A stretch of DNA of 64,000 nt from Octopus vulgaris. Taxonomy: Eukaryota. Position numbers and translations under genes: made by a program. The notes under the pieces were generated by a model. The model saw nothing but the letters and a program-made list of their open reading frames with translations. It was not told the origin of the DNA and did not search any database. This document shows positions 1-13,472 of this stretch, one piece after another. Every line of letters begins with the position of its first letter. Within the stretch, counting starts at the first letter, position 1. The DNA lies in the NCBI GenBank assembly GCA_951406725.2, contig OX597817.1:146134001-146198000 (forward strand), given 5' to 3'.

Positions 1-2408
1 CTGAATCACTGGTTCAGCTGTTCAGTATAAACAATATGTAAAATATTTTCTGTTGTTAACAGAGAAAGGAATGATATTCTGGCAAATGACAATGATCAAA
101 GTGGATCTATCCATAGGAGAAATCCTTATCACTAACAGCTATTTTCCCCTCACACAAGACGGGGAAACTTTTAGGATGGTTCCAACCTCAAAGTTCACAA
201 TGAATGGCAAGGACAATTAGAGGTGAACACTGGCCTTTTACCCCCCATCTTTTTTTTTTCTTCTTGTTTCATTTCCTCTCCATAAAAAAAAAATCTGTGA
301 AAAATTCTTTCATTTATAGAAATCAATTGTTTCGCCTAACTAAAAATTATAAATTACAACAAAATAAAAAAAAACAACAATTTGATTGTATTTGGGTACA
401 AAGCAAAAAATTTTTTAAATAGTTAAAACTTTCTACATAAGTTTGGTTGGGGGAGGGGGGGAATAAGTGCTGGGGTTAATTACTTGCATAAAAAAGAGAA
501 ACAGTCTAAAAACTGTTAAACTATTTAACCATTTTGTTAACCCGGTCAATGATAATTTTGGCCTTCAGTTTGATACTACAGAATAGACATGTCAATATTA
601 CCATAAAATATACCAGGAAAGAATCTGGAAAGTGACACTGACAATGACTATAAAGATGCATCTATTACATAAAAGCAACCAGTATATTTTCTCTACACAT
701 AAGCAAACCTAGTCATCACTAAACCCTCCAGGCATACAAATACAGGCCGGACAGTAAGTTGAATGTATGATACAACACCAATCCCAGGCTATGAAAGAAA
801 GTGTAGTGAAACCAGACTAGATTATAGAATGTATATGATATGCTGGATCAGAAGACAATCAACAAATTATAATTGATATCCCTGATCGAGAAGCTTGCTT
901 GAATGGAACTGACTGGAGTTATTCAAAAACACATACAGCCATAAACAAACGTATGCATTAATCCCTGACAGAAAACTAATCATTAAATCCGAGTGAATTT
1001 CTAATGATACAGAAGACTGTTTAGTTGTAGGTGCATAGTGTCACATGGGGGATGGGGGTATTTTCTAGTCAATACATTTATAAATGGTGGAGCATAAGTG
1101 ACAGAAGACAACTGAAACCCTTCAGGCTTTTATTTCTGTCTTTGGTTACAAACTGCACCAACATTCAATGACAGTTCAAGCAAGTTAAAATAGAACAGGG
1201 TTACAATATGGAAGCACATTTTAGCCCTGGACCTTGATGGGAAGCAAATTTTCAAAATACTGATTCCTCTATTTTGGAAATTAGTCTGTCTTTTACGTGA
1301 GCATGACTGACATAATTCATATGCAATGTTCTGGGATTATGAGTCGTGACCCAAATCTATTTCAAATGGTTTATATAGAAGAATTCTTAACTGTCCACTA
1401 CTTCAAAAATAAAGACCAATTTTAAACAAGTAAAATAAGGAAAAATCAAAATATATATTGAAGGGGAGGAGGAAAATGTTTTAATTTAAAAACAAGTTTG
1501 CACTTAGTGCAAATATGTAATTTCCTTAGCAGTCTAAGGGTTTTTATCAAAGATTTTTCTATGAATATAGATGTTCGTTCCCAAATGTACATTTTTTAAT
1601 GAAGAATTTTAACTCTACTGAGTGTGTATAAAAAAAAGATAATTCCTATGGAGAAGATCAAAGGAATTATAAAAGAAATTACGGTGGGAAGGGGAGGCAA
1701 GACTGTTTAAATAAAATAACATAAAAACCACATTATTTACACACATACATGTACAGTCACATTAACTTTCACAATTGTATACACAATTTGGAAGGTGGTT
1801 GGAAAAAAAAAAGAGAGAGAGAAAGAGAGAGAGAGAGATACAACCGATGTACCTTTCTATCAATTATTTATCTCTAAATCACATTAACTCTAAAATTCAG
1901 AATTAAAAAAAAATTATTTTTGGTGGGGAGCAGTGATGAGCATGTGATATGAATGAGATGTGAAAAATACTAGCCTCAGGATATATATGCACATGAGAAT
2001 GAAACATGAGTGTCAGACCAGGTAAGATTAGATGTCTTCTCCAGTATTAATGTTTCTATTTACAACAATCAATATTTGTGAATTTTTTTTTTTTTTTTGG
2101 TTTCTCTTTATACATATACTTTTTATTTTGTTTTTCATAAAGAACATTTCTTCTTCAGCTCTCTAAAAATTACATCGCTGGAGACATTCCTGTTTAGTGA
2201 CTGCTCCAAAATGGAAACATGCATGCATACTTACACACACAATAGCTGACATCCAGTACCAAATTGGACCAGATAAGCTGTATTTCCTTATAAACACCAG
2301 TAGGAAAGTAGACAAACTACTAAAACAGAGTTCTGTAAATTTCCTACATTTTTTTTCTTCATGTTAGCAATTTTGTAACATTCACCCCCACCCAAATCAA
2401 TTTTGTTT
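1..2408 (-). other. Probable long 3' UTR
   Basis: No recognisable TE, AU-rich sequence downstream of the stop codon, with several minus-strand AATAAA (e.g. ~1128, ~2123). The true end is not determined. Confidence 0.5.
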
Positions 2409-4804
2409 TTAATCTATACAGATGACTTCTTCTAGAATCTGGATGTCATCATCCTCATCTAAATCATTAGCTCTTGGGCTTTGACCAACCCTTTGAATTC
2501 TGATTTTGTTACTATTGTAAGCACTATGCCAATTTTTAGTCCTTTGTTGATTGAAGTGTTTATTATGAGATACAGCTGTCTCTGGCTGGCTCCCTACCAG
2601 ATCATTGGCATAGTGTTTAGGGTTATGAGACTGCTCAACACGATTGATAACTTTGAGTGGACTACTTGTGCATATGTCAGGACTCCCTGTATGGAACTGC
2701 TTCAGCACCTGCTTCTCAAGATGACCAACAGATTTAATAATTGGAGCATACACATGCTTTGGACTCACCTGTTGATCACATGCATTGGACAGGTAATTGT
2801 TGCTATCGGAATAGTTTATGTTCTGATTCTGTTTGTTGTAGTTTACAATGACACGCATCGGTGAGTTCTCAACAGCATTAATGTTTGTGTTGTTAATGTT
2901 CTGGTCATTAATGCGTGGATTATTGTGATCAAGTACTTGAAAGTGAGGAATGGACTGCATATGAGAGGGAGGGAACCTAAAACAGGCATCAGGTGGACAC
3001 TGACAAGGACCACACCTACATATTGTACAACGAGTAATCCATGTCTGTTCGTCATCTTCAGAATCTGAAGATATGGTGTGGATAGACACATTGTCATCCC
3101 CTGCTTCATTCACATTTAAGTCATTTGGTGTGTTCGCTTGTGATTTGATTACAAGCTTCAATGGTTCTTGAGAGTTGGGTACAACACTATGAGATGGGGG
3201 CAATCCATGATTAGCAGCAATTTCTAGGTTGGCTTGCTCCTGTGCAATGTTTGCGGAAGAGTCTCCACTAACTGGTATCATCATTAGTGATGATGACGAT
3301 GGACAGTTTTGAGTTTCTGGAGGAATACATTTCATAAGAAACTGTGTGGTGACAGGACTGTTGGAAAGGTTGATGTAAGGTTGAGAACTGATGGGTTCAG
3401 TGTTTAATGATTTAATAGGTTTATAAGGGTTCCTATAATGTTGAGAAGTTTGGTCTAATTTAGGAGGTGCATGATGATTAGTTAAGAATCTAGACAATTC
3501 TGCAGAATGCCTCATTGGGAATGGGTGAGAGTCAGATAGGGGATGTTTTACTGAGGGAACAAACTGATGAACCCCAGGAAGAGATTTGGGTTTCGAGGTA
3601 GAATCGGCAGAGTACACACTCTTATATACTGTCATTGGATGAGGCAATTTTCGTACTTTTTTATGTACAGGACTACCAATTTTGTAATAATGATAACCTA
3701 TTCGACGAACTGGTGTAGATTGTCTATTAGGTGGAAAAGATTTAGAAAACTTTTGAGGAGACCAAGGATACATACTAGTAATATTTTGAGAGTCCTTCAA
3801 GCACTCTCGTTTAGAAGTCCATAAAAGTATTTGATCATGTGTCAAAGGCTGGATGTTTACACGAGCGTCCCTTTTAGGAGCTGTCCATTTCTTAATCTCC
3901 TCTTCATCTAATCGGCGAAGACGCACACTACACATCTTTAAACTGCGTTTAAGCATGCGACTCTGTTTATTCAGTCCTGTCTGAACAAGTTTCATAAATT
4001 CTTTCCTTTGAGCTTTAGTAAATTTGTATTCGTGACTATATTTTGTGTTAATTTTTTTAGAGTTTCTAAAAGTAATTGGATACGTAATTGGTCTGCTACG
4101 TAGTCTTTCTAAAGCATCATTTTTTTCTGGAGTCTTACAATACTGTTCGATATCAGGCAGAGCTTGCAGTGTAGTTTCTGCCTTGACATGCTTCTGAATT
4201 CGCAAGCCAAGTAGAGATGAAATATCAATACAAAGCAATGAATTGGTTTTGGAACTCTTCTTGAATGCATCGATCTCTTCAACTCCATTTCCAGTAGTGC
4301 TATAGCCACTGTCACCATCACTTTCTTCTGTATTTGTCGGACACAAGCGTTTCCGATGGAGCCCAGGCTCTACTTCCCGACTTAGCTGGGAGATCAGGGA
4401 CTTAGGAGTGCGTGGAGAAGTTTGCTGAACAGAGTCCCGGGGTTCAACATCAATTATTTGGCAGTCAACATCTGTATTCTGTCCCAGTTTTAATTTGTCA
4501 GATTTAATTTTCTCAGCTTTGTGAGTTTGGACCAACTGGAAATATTTTAAGAAACCTTCTTTTGTAGATTTCTGGGAATCATCCTCATTCAACAAACTTG
4601 TAACTGGCCGTACAGGTTGTCCTGCATGTGATAGCAGCTTTTTGGAGGAACAAGAGGGAGCTGGTGGGGGCGGAGGAGTTCGCATACCAGGCTGATTATC
4701 TGGACGGTGACTGCAGGCATTTTGGTGAATGCGCATTGCATCTTTATTAGTGAATTCTCTTTCACAGTGATAACAAATGTATATCTCCATGAAACCTGTA
4801 CAGC
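2409..4804 (-). CDS. Terminal coding exon of an uncharacterised nuclear protein (C2HC zinc finger plus long disordered tail; NRF1/EWG-like family)
   Basis: About 800 open codons in AT-rich DNA. Acceptor ttttcttcAG|GC ends at 4805 (phase 1); stop TAA at 2409-2411. C-x2-C-x3-F-x8-H-x3-C finger at 4713-4775. Confidence 0.93.
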
Positions 4805-5466
4805 CTGAAGAAAAAGGTAAAAGAAAAAACAGCTTTAAACTAACAAGAAAATACACACAAATACATATAAATTTGAAATCAATTCAATTCATTCATAAGT
4901 ATACATAAAATAAATTTACATTTTCATCTGAAGGTGCTGCTGGTCAACTAATCTTAATTCAGTATTTTCATTTTTTTAATCTACCCATCAAAAACTCATG
5001 CGAGACTGAATAGCTAAAATTTAACGACTAGTTTCAGTCACTGAGCTGTGGCACAGCCATCAAAAGTCTTAGTTGATCACATCAATGCCTGTACCTATTT
5101 TATAGATCTCTTTTTGCTGAACCATTAAGTTACAGACATAAAGAACAACATTGGTTTTTAGACTGATGTTGTGTGTGTGATATAAACACACACACACACA
5201 CGACAGGCTTCTGCCCAGTTTCCGTCTACTGTACCCCATTCACAAGGTATAGACCAAGCTACGCTTTATAAAAGATATATACCCAAGATAGAGAGATAGT
5301 GAACTTAAACAACATGGCCATACCTGCACCTGATCAACATATTAAATCACTTGAAACACATCAAAACAACCATGTGTACTCAGCTTACTCTCCACTAGAT
5401 CCTGTTACATTTGCCTTTTTATCTTAGCGGCATAGAGATACCCTTTTATAACCCTTAAACATTTAA

Positions 5467-5686
5467 CCCTTTGGTGTTCAGATTACTCTGTTAAATGTAA
5501 TACTTTTTCACTCAAATTGTTTTGAATTAATCATGCATTACGTTATAGCTTTGAGGTTTCAATGATATGATTGTTTATTTTTAGAATGTCAATGTAGGTT
5601 AGATGTGAGAGGCTAGATATGGCCAATTTGAATATAAAACATTTAGAATATCTGGGCCAGATATGGCCGGTTTAAACACTAAAGGG
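5467..5686. mobile_element. piggyBac-like MITE
   Basis: TTAA|CCCTTTGGTGTT...AACACTAAAGGG|TTAA termini. Confidence 0.8.
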
Positions 5687-5690
5687 TTAA

Positions 5691-5882
5691 GCCAGCCACA
5701 TCCAGCCCAAATATTATACTTGTTTTATGTTCAAACCAGCCAAACTTACCCTATGATGTCATTCTAAAAAACTACTATCACACTGTAAAAATTTTGAAGC
5801 TACAAAATAATGCATGACTAATTCAAAACAATGTGACTAAATAAGCATTACATTTGACAGAGTAACTGAAATGTTAAGGAGT
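5691..5882. mobile_element. Inverted, diverged copy of the same piggyBac-like MITE
   Basis: Reverse-complement similarity to ~5480-5675. Confidence 0.65.
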
Positions 5883-7297
5883 GAAGCAAAAATCTTTGAT
5901 TATGTTAGGTATTCAAATTTAAAATCCAGTATGTTGCAATTCAAAGCAAAGCTTTGTATCTAAAGTTTATTAATTTACTTGGTATTAAGAAATATAATCT
6001 ACAATTTCCTATTATCATCAAACTTTGCTTTGTTATTGCCAGCTATCACTCTCTCTTCTACTTCTTAATCATTATTATTAACAATAATCTCTCTTCTTCA
6101 TCCCTTTACATGTTTTCTATGCTAGCATGGGTTGGCTGGTCATTAAAGTCCAATTCAGTTTTTAATCAGAGTTACTGCCTTTCTAGAAAAGTTAGATGAA
6201 CATATCTTACTCATAAGTTTCATTTTTGCTTGTATTCTACAACCTGATGCCCTTCCTATCAGCAAGCAGCACTTCAAAAGACACCTAGTACAGATTATTT
6301 TGAGTGCATTTACCATGGCATCTGATTAGGGAAGTTGTAACATTCTCTTGGACCCACATTATCTCCACTTGTTTGGCAAACACTTTGGAGTGTATTAAGG
6401 CAACTAGTACTAGTAATTTGCCTTATTCCTTCTAAAACTAAAAATTTATCACTCCTCTATTATGTATTCTAACATCACCCATCTTTATTATTACTATACA
6501 GCACTCTCTCCCTCATACATTATTTCCTCCTTTATCACTGCTGACATACACCACTCACCCTACTCCCATCACTCTTTTCTCATTATCATTACTCTCTTTT
6601 CAAACAGCTTACCTCCATCCTTTAAACTCTTTCTTCCTCCATCATATCACTTAGGCTGATTCTACTATTCAACCCAATTATCTCTCCACCTCTCATCACC
6701 CTTCTTGTGTCCAACCTCCAGATCCTGCACTAGCTACTGTACTCAGCCCATCCCTGCCAGAACACTGACCCTCTGGAATCTCCTCCCAACTCACAGATAG
6801 AAACTACACAATATGATGGGGCTTTTCATATAATATATTAAGTTGAAAAACTTTGATTAACTGAGATTGTCCCTGCAATTAACAAACAATAATTCTCCCT
6901 ACAAATGGTTAGCATCTTGAAAAACATTGAAAGGGATAATTCCTGTTAATTAGGGTTTTTCAAAATACTTTATATGTGGAGACCCTACTCAATGTATATT
7001 TAGCATGTACAACACTCCACTCAACTCTGTTGCTGATATTTATAATCAGTATCAATACATTTCTTATTTCTCAATATACTTTGTAGAATATGCTTCGCTG
7101 AGGAGGTGTAATAACAAACTCAAAACAGGTCCACCACAGCACTGATTGGTTTTAAATATAAGATTTGCACCTATCATCATCTTTATATTTTTCAAAAATT
7201 TGGGTTAACTGATACTGGAGTTATCTCCCTTACTTGCTGTTTCAGATTTTAAACACATTGACAGTCGAAGTATTTTTGTCTTGTGATTTATATAAAA

Positions 7298-7801
7298 CTA
7301 GCAGCATAGCCCGGCATTGTAAGAGCCCCTGGAGCAGACATGATGCTTGCTGTGAATTTTAAAAAAATTCCTGCCAATTTGTGAAAGATACTGTCGAAAA
7401 TATGTCATCTTGAATTTGAACGCGATTTCCCAAAATGGCATGATTTTATCGATTTTTCTGATGGTAAGGTATTGCATGGAAAACTAATGTCAGAATTAAG
7501 TTTCTTAGGGTAACATTAAGCTTCACCATGAGTTTGGTGGAAATCGATTGCAAGTTGCGAAAACTACAACAGAAAATGTGTTGCAAATAAAAAGCTTAGA
7601 TTCTCAACCCCATGTCGAATTTATCTATTTTTTTCAGAACTGGGGAGACTTTTCAAAATTTTCGCTGCGTTAGTTTTGAATTATGACATTGGGCTATGTG
7701 TGTGTCAAGTTTCATCAGAATCGGTTGAAAGCCGTGGTTAGGGTGAGGGTACAACCTGACAGACACACAGACAGACAAACTGCCGTTTATATATAGAGAG
7801 A
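7298..7801 (-). mobile_element. Non-autonomous Helitron
   Basis: Minus strand reads A|TCTCTCTATATATAAAC...(GTCT)n...GCCGGGCTATGCTGCTAG|T: 5' TC, 3' CTAG, inserted between A and T, no TSD. Confidence 0.8.
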
Positions 7802-8751
7802 TATGGGGCAGTGGAGTCAGAGATGTAGAGAGCTTAGAGTCAGTCACGGAGTATGGTTCAGTAAACATGTACTGCTCCAGTTCTGACTAAAATATGAAAT
7901 GTAATATAAATGCACTAAACATCCCAATTTGAATTTAAATATAAAGAAAGAAATCAGACTTAAAAGAATTTGATAAAAGATCTAGTAGCAACAATTCACA
8001 CAATAAAACAACTCTTTCATAAATTTGGTACGAATAAGCTTTTCAATCCTTTGGTAGGATTTTTATTTCATCTTAAGTAATCTTTCAAGTTAAATTCTCT
8101 TCAAATTTATATTCCAACAAAGCTTTAACCTCAAAAGAACACTTGAGTAAATATTTCATTTAAAATGATCAATTGCTAAGTTGCTTAAATTTTTAACTTC
8201 AGATTTTGGAACTAGCAGGCTAAGATGCTCCTGATGTGTTTTCATAATATATTAATAGTTTATTTCTTTTACATGCCTTTTTAATAAGAACAGCCATTTT
8301 TAATTTTCTAAGTTTTGTCTTGTGCTTAATTGCTTTAAGTAAATATTTTGAAAAAAGCCACGGCAGAGCTATGGTCTTTAAACCTAAACAGTTAAGACTG
8401 CTAAAAAGTAGCCTTATGATTCATATTGGGCAGAACTGTTATGTGCTCTCAATCAACATAAGAAATATCACATGATTGACAAGACTATCAGACGTTACTC
8501 ATCACTGTTCACAATGCACTTTGCATCAATATAGCTTTTGAATGATGGCTGGGTGAGCAGGCCAACATCCCACCTGATTGGAAGGCTACCCATTTACAGT
8601 TGAGTGAAGGTACCATTGCAGTGTAATTAAACCAAAAAGCACATGGCTGCTAAGTGAATGTCTGAACCTCACAAAAATACCCGTACTCAGATAAACTCAT
8701 TAGGAAAAATAACTTCTAACCAGATAATTCAAATTAAAAACTTCAACTTAC

Positions 8752-8818
8752 CAGTTAAATCTTGATTATTGCAACTAGAGGCAGAATCCCAGGGATTTGG
8801 TACCTTGCCAATATCTTC
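8752..8818 (-). CDS. Internal coding exon (67 nt, EDIGKVPNPWDSASSCNNQDLT-G)
   Basis: ttacAG acceptor and CTG|GTAAGT donor. Phase 0 to phase 1 matches both neighbouring exons with an open frame. Confidence 0.85.
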
Positions 8819-9947
8819 CTGTAATTACAAGTTAAATGAATTAAAATAAATTTAAAACCAACGCTTGTTGAAAATATATTTGAACACACTTTTACATCAT
8901 GAAACAATTATGGGATAAGTGAATTAGATAATTTAATGCTTAATAAGCATGGAAAAACACACATTAAATGACAGTGGATAATATATTTTTAAAAAAATAA
9001 AGAACCTCTCATATGGACTTGTGGTGCATATAAAAACTCATGTTCATATTGCTAGCAGGAAATAATCAACACTGGAGTCACAAATTACCAGTGGGCTCAT
9101 CAAAAAATAATTATTAGTGACAGAAGCAGCCTTAATACTGAAAGGTAATACTTATCCCCACCAGTGTCTCACTAGGCACCAAGATCCTATTTATATTGCT
9201 GACAGAGGCATATACAAAGGCCAAAAATCACCTTATCTGGTAGTCCCAGCAGCAAATTGCAGACAATTATATCCTACTAGCAGTATAAACATGAGTGCTT
9301 ATATGCACCTTAGGTCCATATGAAAGATTCTTTCATGGTAAATAACTTAGTATTTTATGTTCTAATATAACATCCACTTTTACACAGGAATAAATTTATT
9401 TTTAAATTGGTTCAATCTGTAATAATTGTATAATATTGATATAAGCAATTTAACTTGTTTTGATCTAATTTCATTTATCAACATAATTACATGTAAAAAA
9501 CATTCTTTCAAATGCTTACAAAGCACACTTTAAGTAGTTGATAGCTTTTGTTAATCAGCAGTGGAAGCTAGTTGAAAGCACAGAAGCTAATGTAAGATAC
9601 AAAGTAGAAAAAGTTTAAGGAGCTATTACCTCAGCTAGTAACAAAGGGTTTCTCCTCGCCCCTCTCAGAACGAGAACCAGTTTGTATGGAGAATAATGAT
9701 GATTTGAAAAAGATAGGAAAAAATGAAGCACCACTGGATATGTAAATATTAGTCTGCATAAATTAGGTAGAACAAACTGAAAGAAAATCTGGATAGAAAA
9801 GGAATCAGATGTAGTGTGCAAGAGAGAGAACTGCACTGTTATGGACATCTGATGCATATGGAGCATGATAAATGCATGAAGTGCAGGGCACTCTCACTAA
9901 CATCTCTTTTCTCATTACTCCTTCCATCACTTTCTCACATCCATTAA

Positions 9948-11019
9948 CCCTTTCGTTACTATATTTCTGACCAAAATACACCCCTCATGAGTTTCAATTA
10001 AATTCTAAAATAATCATGAATCTAGGCTTGTTTCATTAAATAACTGTAACTTTTTTACTTATCAACATATTAATGTGATATTTGGAACATAATTAAAGAA
10101 AGGGTTCTTAATCAATTCTATTGTATAACTTTTGTCTCAAAGTGACTTTAATTACAGGTAAATCCAGGTAAATTGAGCAAAAGGTAAAAATATTAAAATT
10201 TTAAATTGAGCTAAAGGTAAAAATATTAAAATTTTGTTTAAACATCACCATAGAAAATGAATCATCAGCTAATATTCAAATAGGTATGCAACAAAATTTT
10301 GATAAAGAAGAACTGTGCACATCACTATATCATCAGTTGAATTTAATGCACAACAGGTGTACCATAAAGGTATAAAGTGAAATACTGGAATCCACCGCAA
10401 GTTTGACCGAACTAAAGAAATCGGTCAAAAAATAATATACGGCCCTGCTTATGGTATGGAAGTGATAAATTCCAGACCACATCGTTCCCTAGGCCATGCT
10501 GACTAACATTATTTTCCCTGTATAAAAACTAAATCCACGCAGTACCCAGTATTTGCTTCACAAATTTTCCGATAAATTTGAACCCCCATTTTGTGTTTGT
10601 TTACATTCTGCGTAAGTTTGTTTCTGCATTGATCGCTTCAAACAATAAATTCCAGACCACATCATACCCTAAGCCATGCTGACTAACATTAGTTTCCCAG
10701 TATAAAAACTAAATCCACAACAGTACCCAGTATTTGCTTCACAAATTTTCCAATTCGGAATCAATGCTTGATAACATGAAACTCCTATCCATTTTCAAAG
10801 TTGAAGAAAAATCGATGCCGAAAAAAATTTGGAAAAAAAATCTCCCAAAATCCAGGGAATTAAAGTTACACGTCGATCGTTGTACAAAACTGTAGATGAA
10901 CTGTTTACGAAGTATAATCACGTGTTTTCACGAATGTACTAAAGAGATTTGCTCTGATATTCTCATTTAAATATGAATAGGTAAATACAGGCGGCTTTGG
11001 CGGTTTGGTAACGAAAGGG
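9948..11019. mobile_element. Non-autonomous piggyBac-like element (1072 bp)
   Basis: TTAA TSD on both sides, 12-bp TIR CCCTTTCGTTAC/GTAACGAAAGGG, internal ~105-bp direct duplication (~10466 and ~10646), CpGs retained. Confidence 0.85.
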
Positions 11020-11799
11020 TTAACTGTCTCATTCCCATTGCTTTTTTTCTTCCCCTATCCACCATTCATGCTGTTTTCCTATTCCAATTCCTTACCCATA
11101 ACCAACATGTAGCTGCGTATCAGTCACACTTCTATTATTTCCTGTTTTCTCCTTCACTTTCCTCTCTTGTTCAAGTGGAGACTCTTGGTCTCCTCTTGAA
11201 CAAATAGAGACAATATTGAGAGAACTCAATTTTGCCATGGACTGAATAACTTCTCTAGTACTGATATCAAATCAAATGTACCTCATATACACTATAAAGT
11301 GGCTGGTTTTAGGAAGGGCACCTAGCCACAGAAACAATGCCACAAATGGACTGTTAAGTAAGATCCTCCTATCCTATCTACTATGATGATAAAACGCCTC
11401 CTTTTTGGCCAGCGGACTAAGTACTTGCACAAGTAGAAGGACAATTTGAAATCAAGAATATTACATGCCAATGCATCAATTTCAACTATATCATTGCAAA
11501 TGTTTTCTCTTAGACTACCGTATCATCATTTTGCTTCCAATAGACAACAAATCATTCAAGACCGCAAAAGATTTTCTCATCAAAACACTTCAAAATCTGG
11601 CCTAAGGAACATTCAGATAAAACACAGTGAGCTACCAAGGGATTTAAGTCCTATTCCCACCTACTGAACCACATATGTACACACTGTAGCAAGATGGTCC
11701 TACTGAGAAAATTTACTGTATTAACTTTTACTACAACTACTATCAAATGGTAATACATCTGGCATTAGTGATTTTAACACTAGTGGAAATGGCCAACAT

Positions 11800-13260
11800 A
11801 ATTCTATGGACTTGGAAAGTTCCTTTAACACACTTGTCAAATTTTTCAACAGTGGTTGTTAGATCAGCAAAAGTTAGCTGACCTGATAATCATGGTCAAC
11901 AAATTGTTACAACCAAGGTTAACAAATTGATCTTCTTTGCAATTCCTACATCCAACTTGTAGTGATGAACCACAAATTTGGTACCAAAATTAAGGAATAC
12001 AAATGTCTAAACAAATTTTTCAGGAAACAAAGGGCCCATTACTAATGACAATACATGGCAGCGCAATGAGTAACACCACTTTTTATTAAATAGAGTAAGT
12101 ATAATAGCTTTATCTCCAGTTACCACTTTGGTGAGCCATATCAATGAAATACCTCAAGCTTCCATCAACAATCTCTCAATGAAAGCCCAGTGACAACTTT
12201 TGCTAGATGGAACACTAACACTTTCTAGTAAGTTTTCATTGAAGCAGATGTTCTCCTCATCCTATTGACAAGTGCTGTTTGCATACCACTGTTAATAGTC
12301 ACCATTACCACTGGATATGACCACTAACCTGAGTAGCAAAGATCACAGCAGTTTCAATCTATAAACACTGCACAATCATAGACTTAGGTATGAAGGTAGT
12401 CTCACTAAATCCCTATTAGGTGTTAAAACTCCACTAGGTGATCTACCTGTACTTCAATGATATGGCAGGTACATCAAATCAACACAAAGACACAGCCTGT
12501 TTTGCACAGGAAAGGAAGCTCGTTCTCCCACCAAAGTATCACTAAACACTGTTGGTTCATTTCTTCCGTCAAAAGGTGATCATTCATTCATTATTTGCTC
12601 ACAGTGATCAATTTACATATTGCCTTGAAGTGACCAAATTTACTGCAGAAACACTTGCATCATCACTTCTTACCAAGTGAATTTTTCACTTTGAAGTGCT
12701 GTTAATTATAACTTTTGATCATAATACTGAATATGAATCTACACTTTTCCGACAAAACTGTACACACCAGACTAACAGCCAATAAATTTATTAAATATTT
12801 TTAAAGTCATCAAGTTTGAAGCTAGTTCAAAGGTCAGCCAAAACCTGATAAACTGGAGTATCTAAGTTTGGCATTCACACTGTTATTAAAGACCTTGGAG
12901 TTCCTACAATCAAACTCATAGGATCCACCTATGACTTCCAGTAGAATATTTTCTGTCTGACACCACAAAAAGCAACACTGACCAGACCAAAGTCAACAAA
13001 GAGTTTGCATTTACCTACGATGATATTGTTTGCCAGCCATTAGATTGTCCATTTAACACTCAAGCATATGAATCATAAAACCAAACATGCTTAACTTTCA
13101 CAACTGCCAAAACACTACTTGATTGCTTCAACTGAAATCAGCATGCATCTACCCAGATAATCAAACCCTGCTTACTTCAACTTCCAGATCTGACAATCTC
13201 ATCACTCAAGGACCCACATGACACTTAACCACTGTTGGAGAAGAACTATATAGTTAAGTT
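11800..13260 (+). mobile_element. Heavily degraded Gypsy-like LTR retrotransposon fragments
   Basis: Scattered remnants: EPQIWY (gag-like), FGIHTVIKDLG, FAFTYDDI (YxDD-like), NPAY and a purine run near 13235. No intact ORF. Confidence 0.3.
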
Positions 13261-13407
13261 TCAGCTTGGTTTAGCTTTAATCTGTTATAAATATTGTAGT
13301 GGCTTTACTTCACCCCCCAGAAGAAACCCAAGCATTTGAATTTTTAATGCTTTCATCGAAATGTCAACTTAATTGTCAGCAACTAACTTGTAAACAGTAG
13401 TCTGTTT

Positions 13408-13472
13408 ACCAACCTACCAGCAACCATTGTTACCAACCTACCAGCAAAAACTGTCACCAACCTACAAGCAAC
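13408..13472 (+). repeat. Tandem repeat, ~2.7 copies of 24 bp (ACCAACCTACCAGCAA...)
   Basis: Directly visible. Confidence 0.8.

Noticed and set aside
2481-4321. Short ORFs overlapping the large exon
   Set aside because: Shadow frames of the real CDS with no independent motifs.
4805-4856. Hydrophobic signal-peptide-like N-terminus MYFLVSLKLFFLLPFSS of the 815-aa ORF
   Set aside because: Starts at GTG and is simply the translated polypyrimidine tract upstream of the acceptor at 4805.
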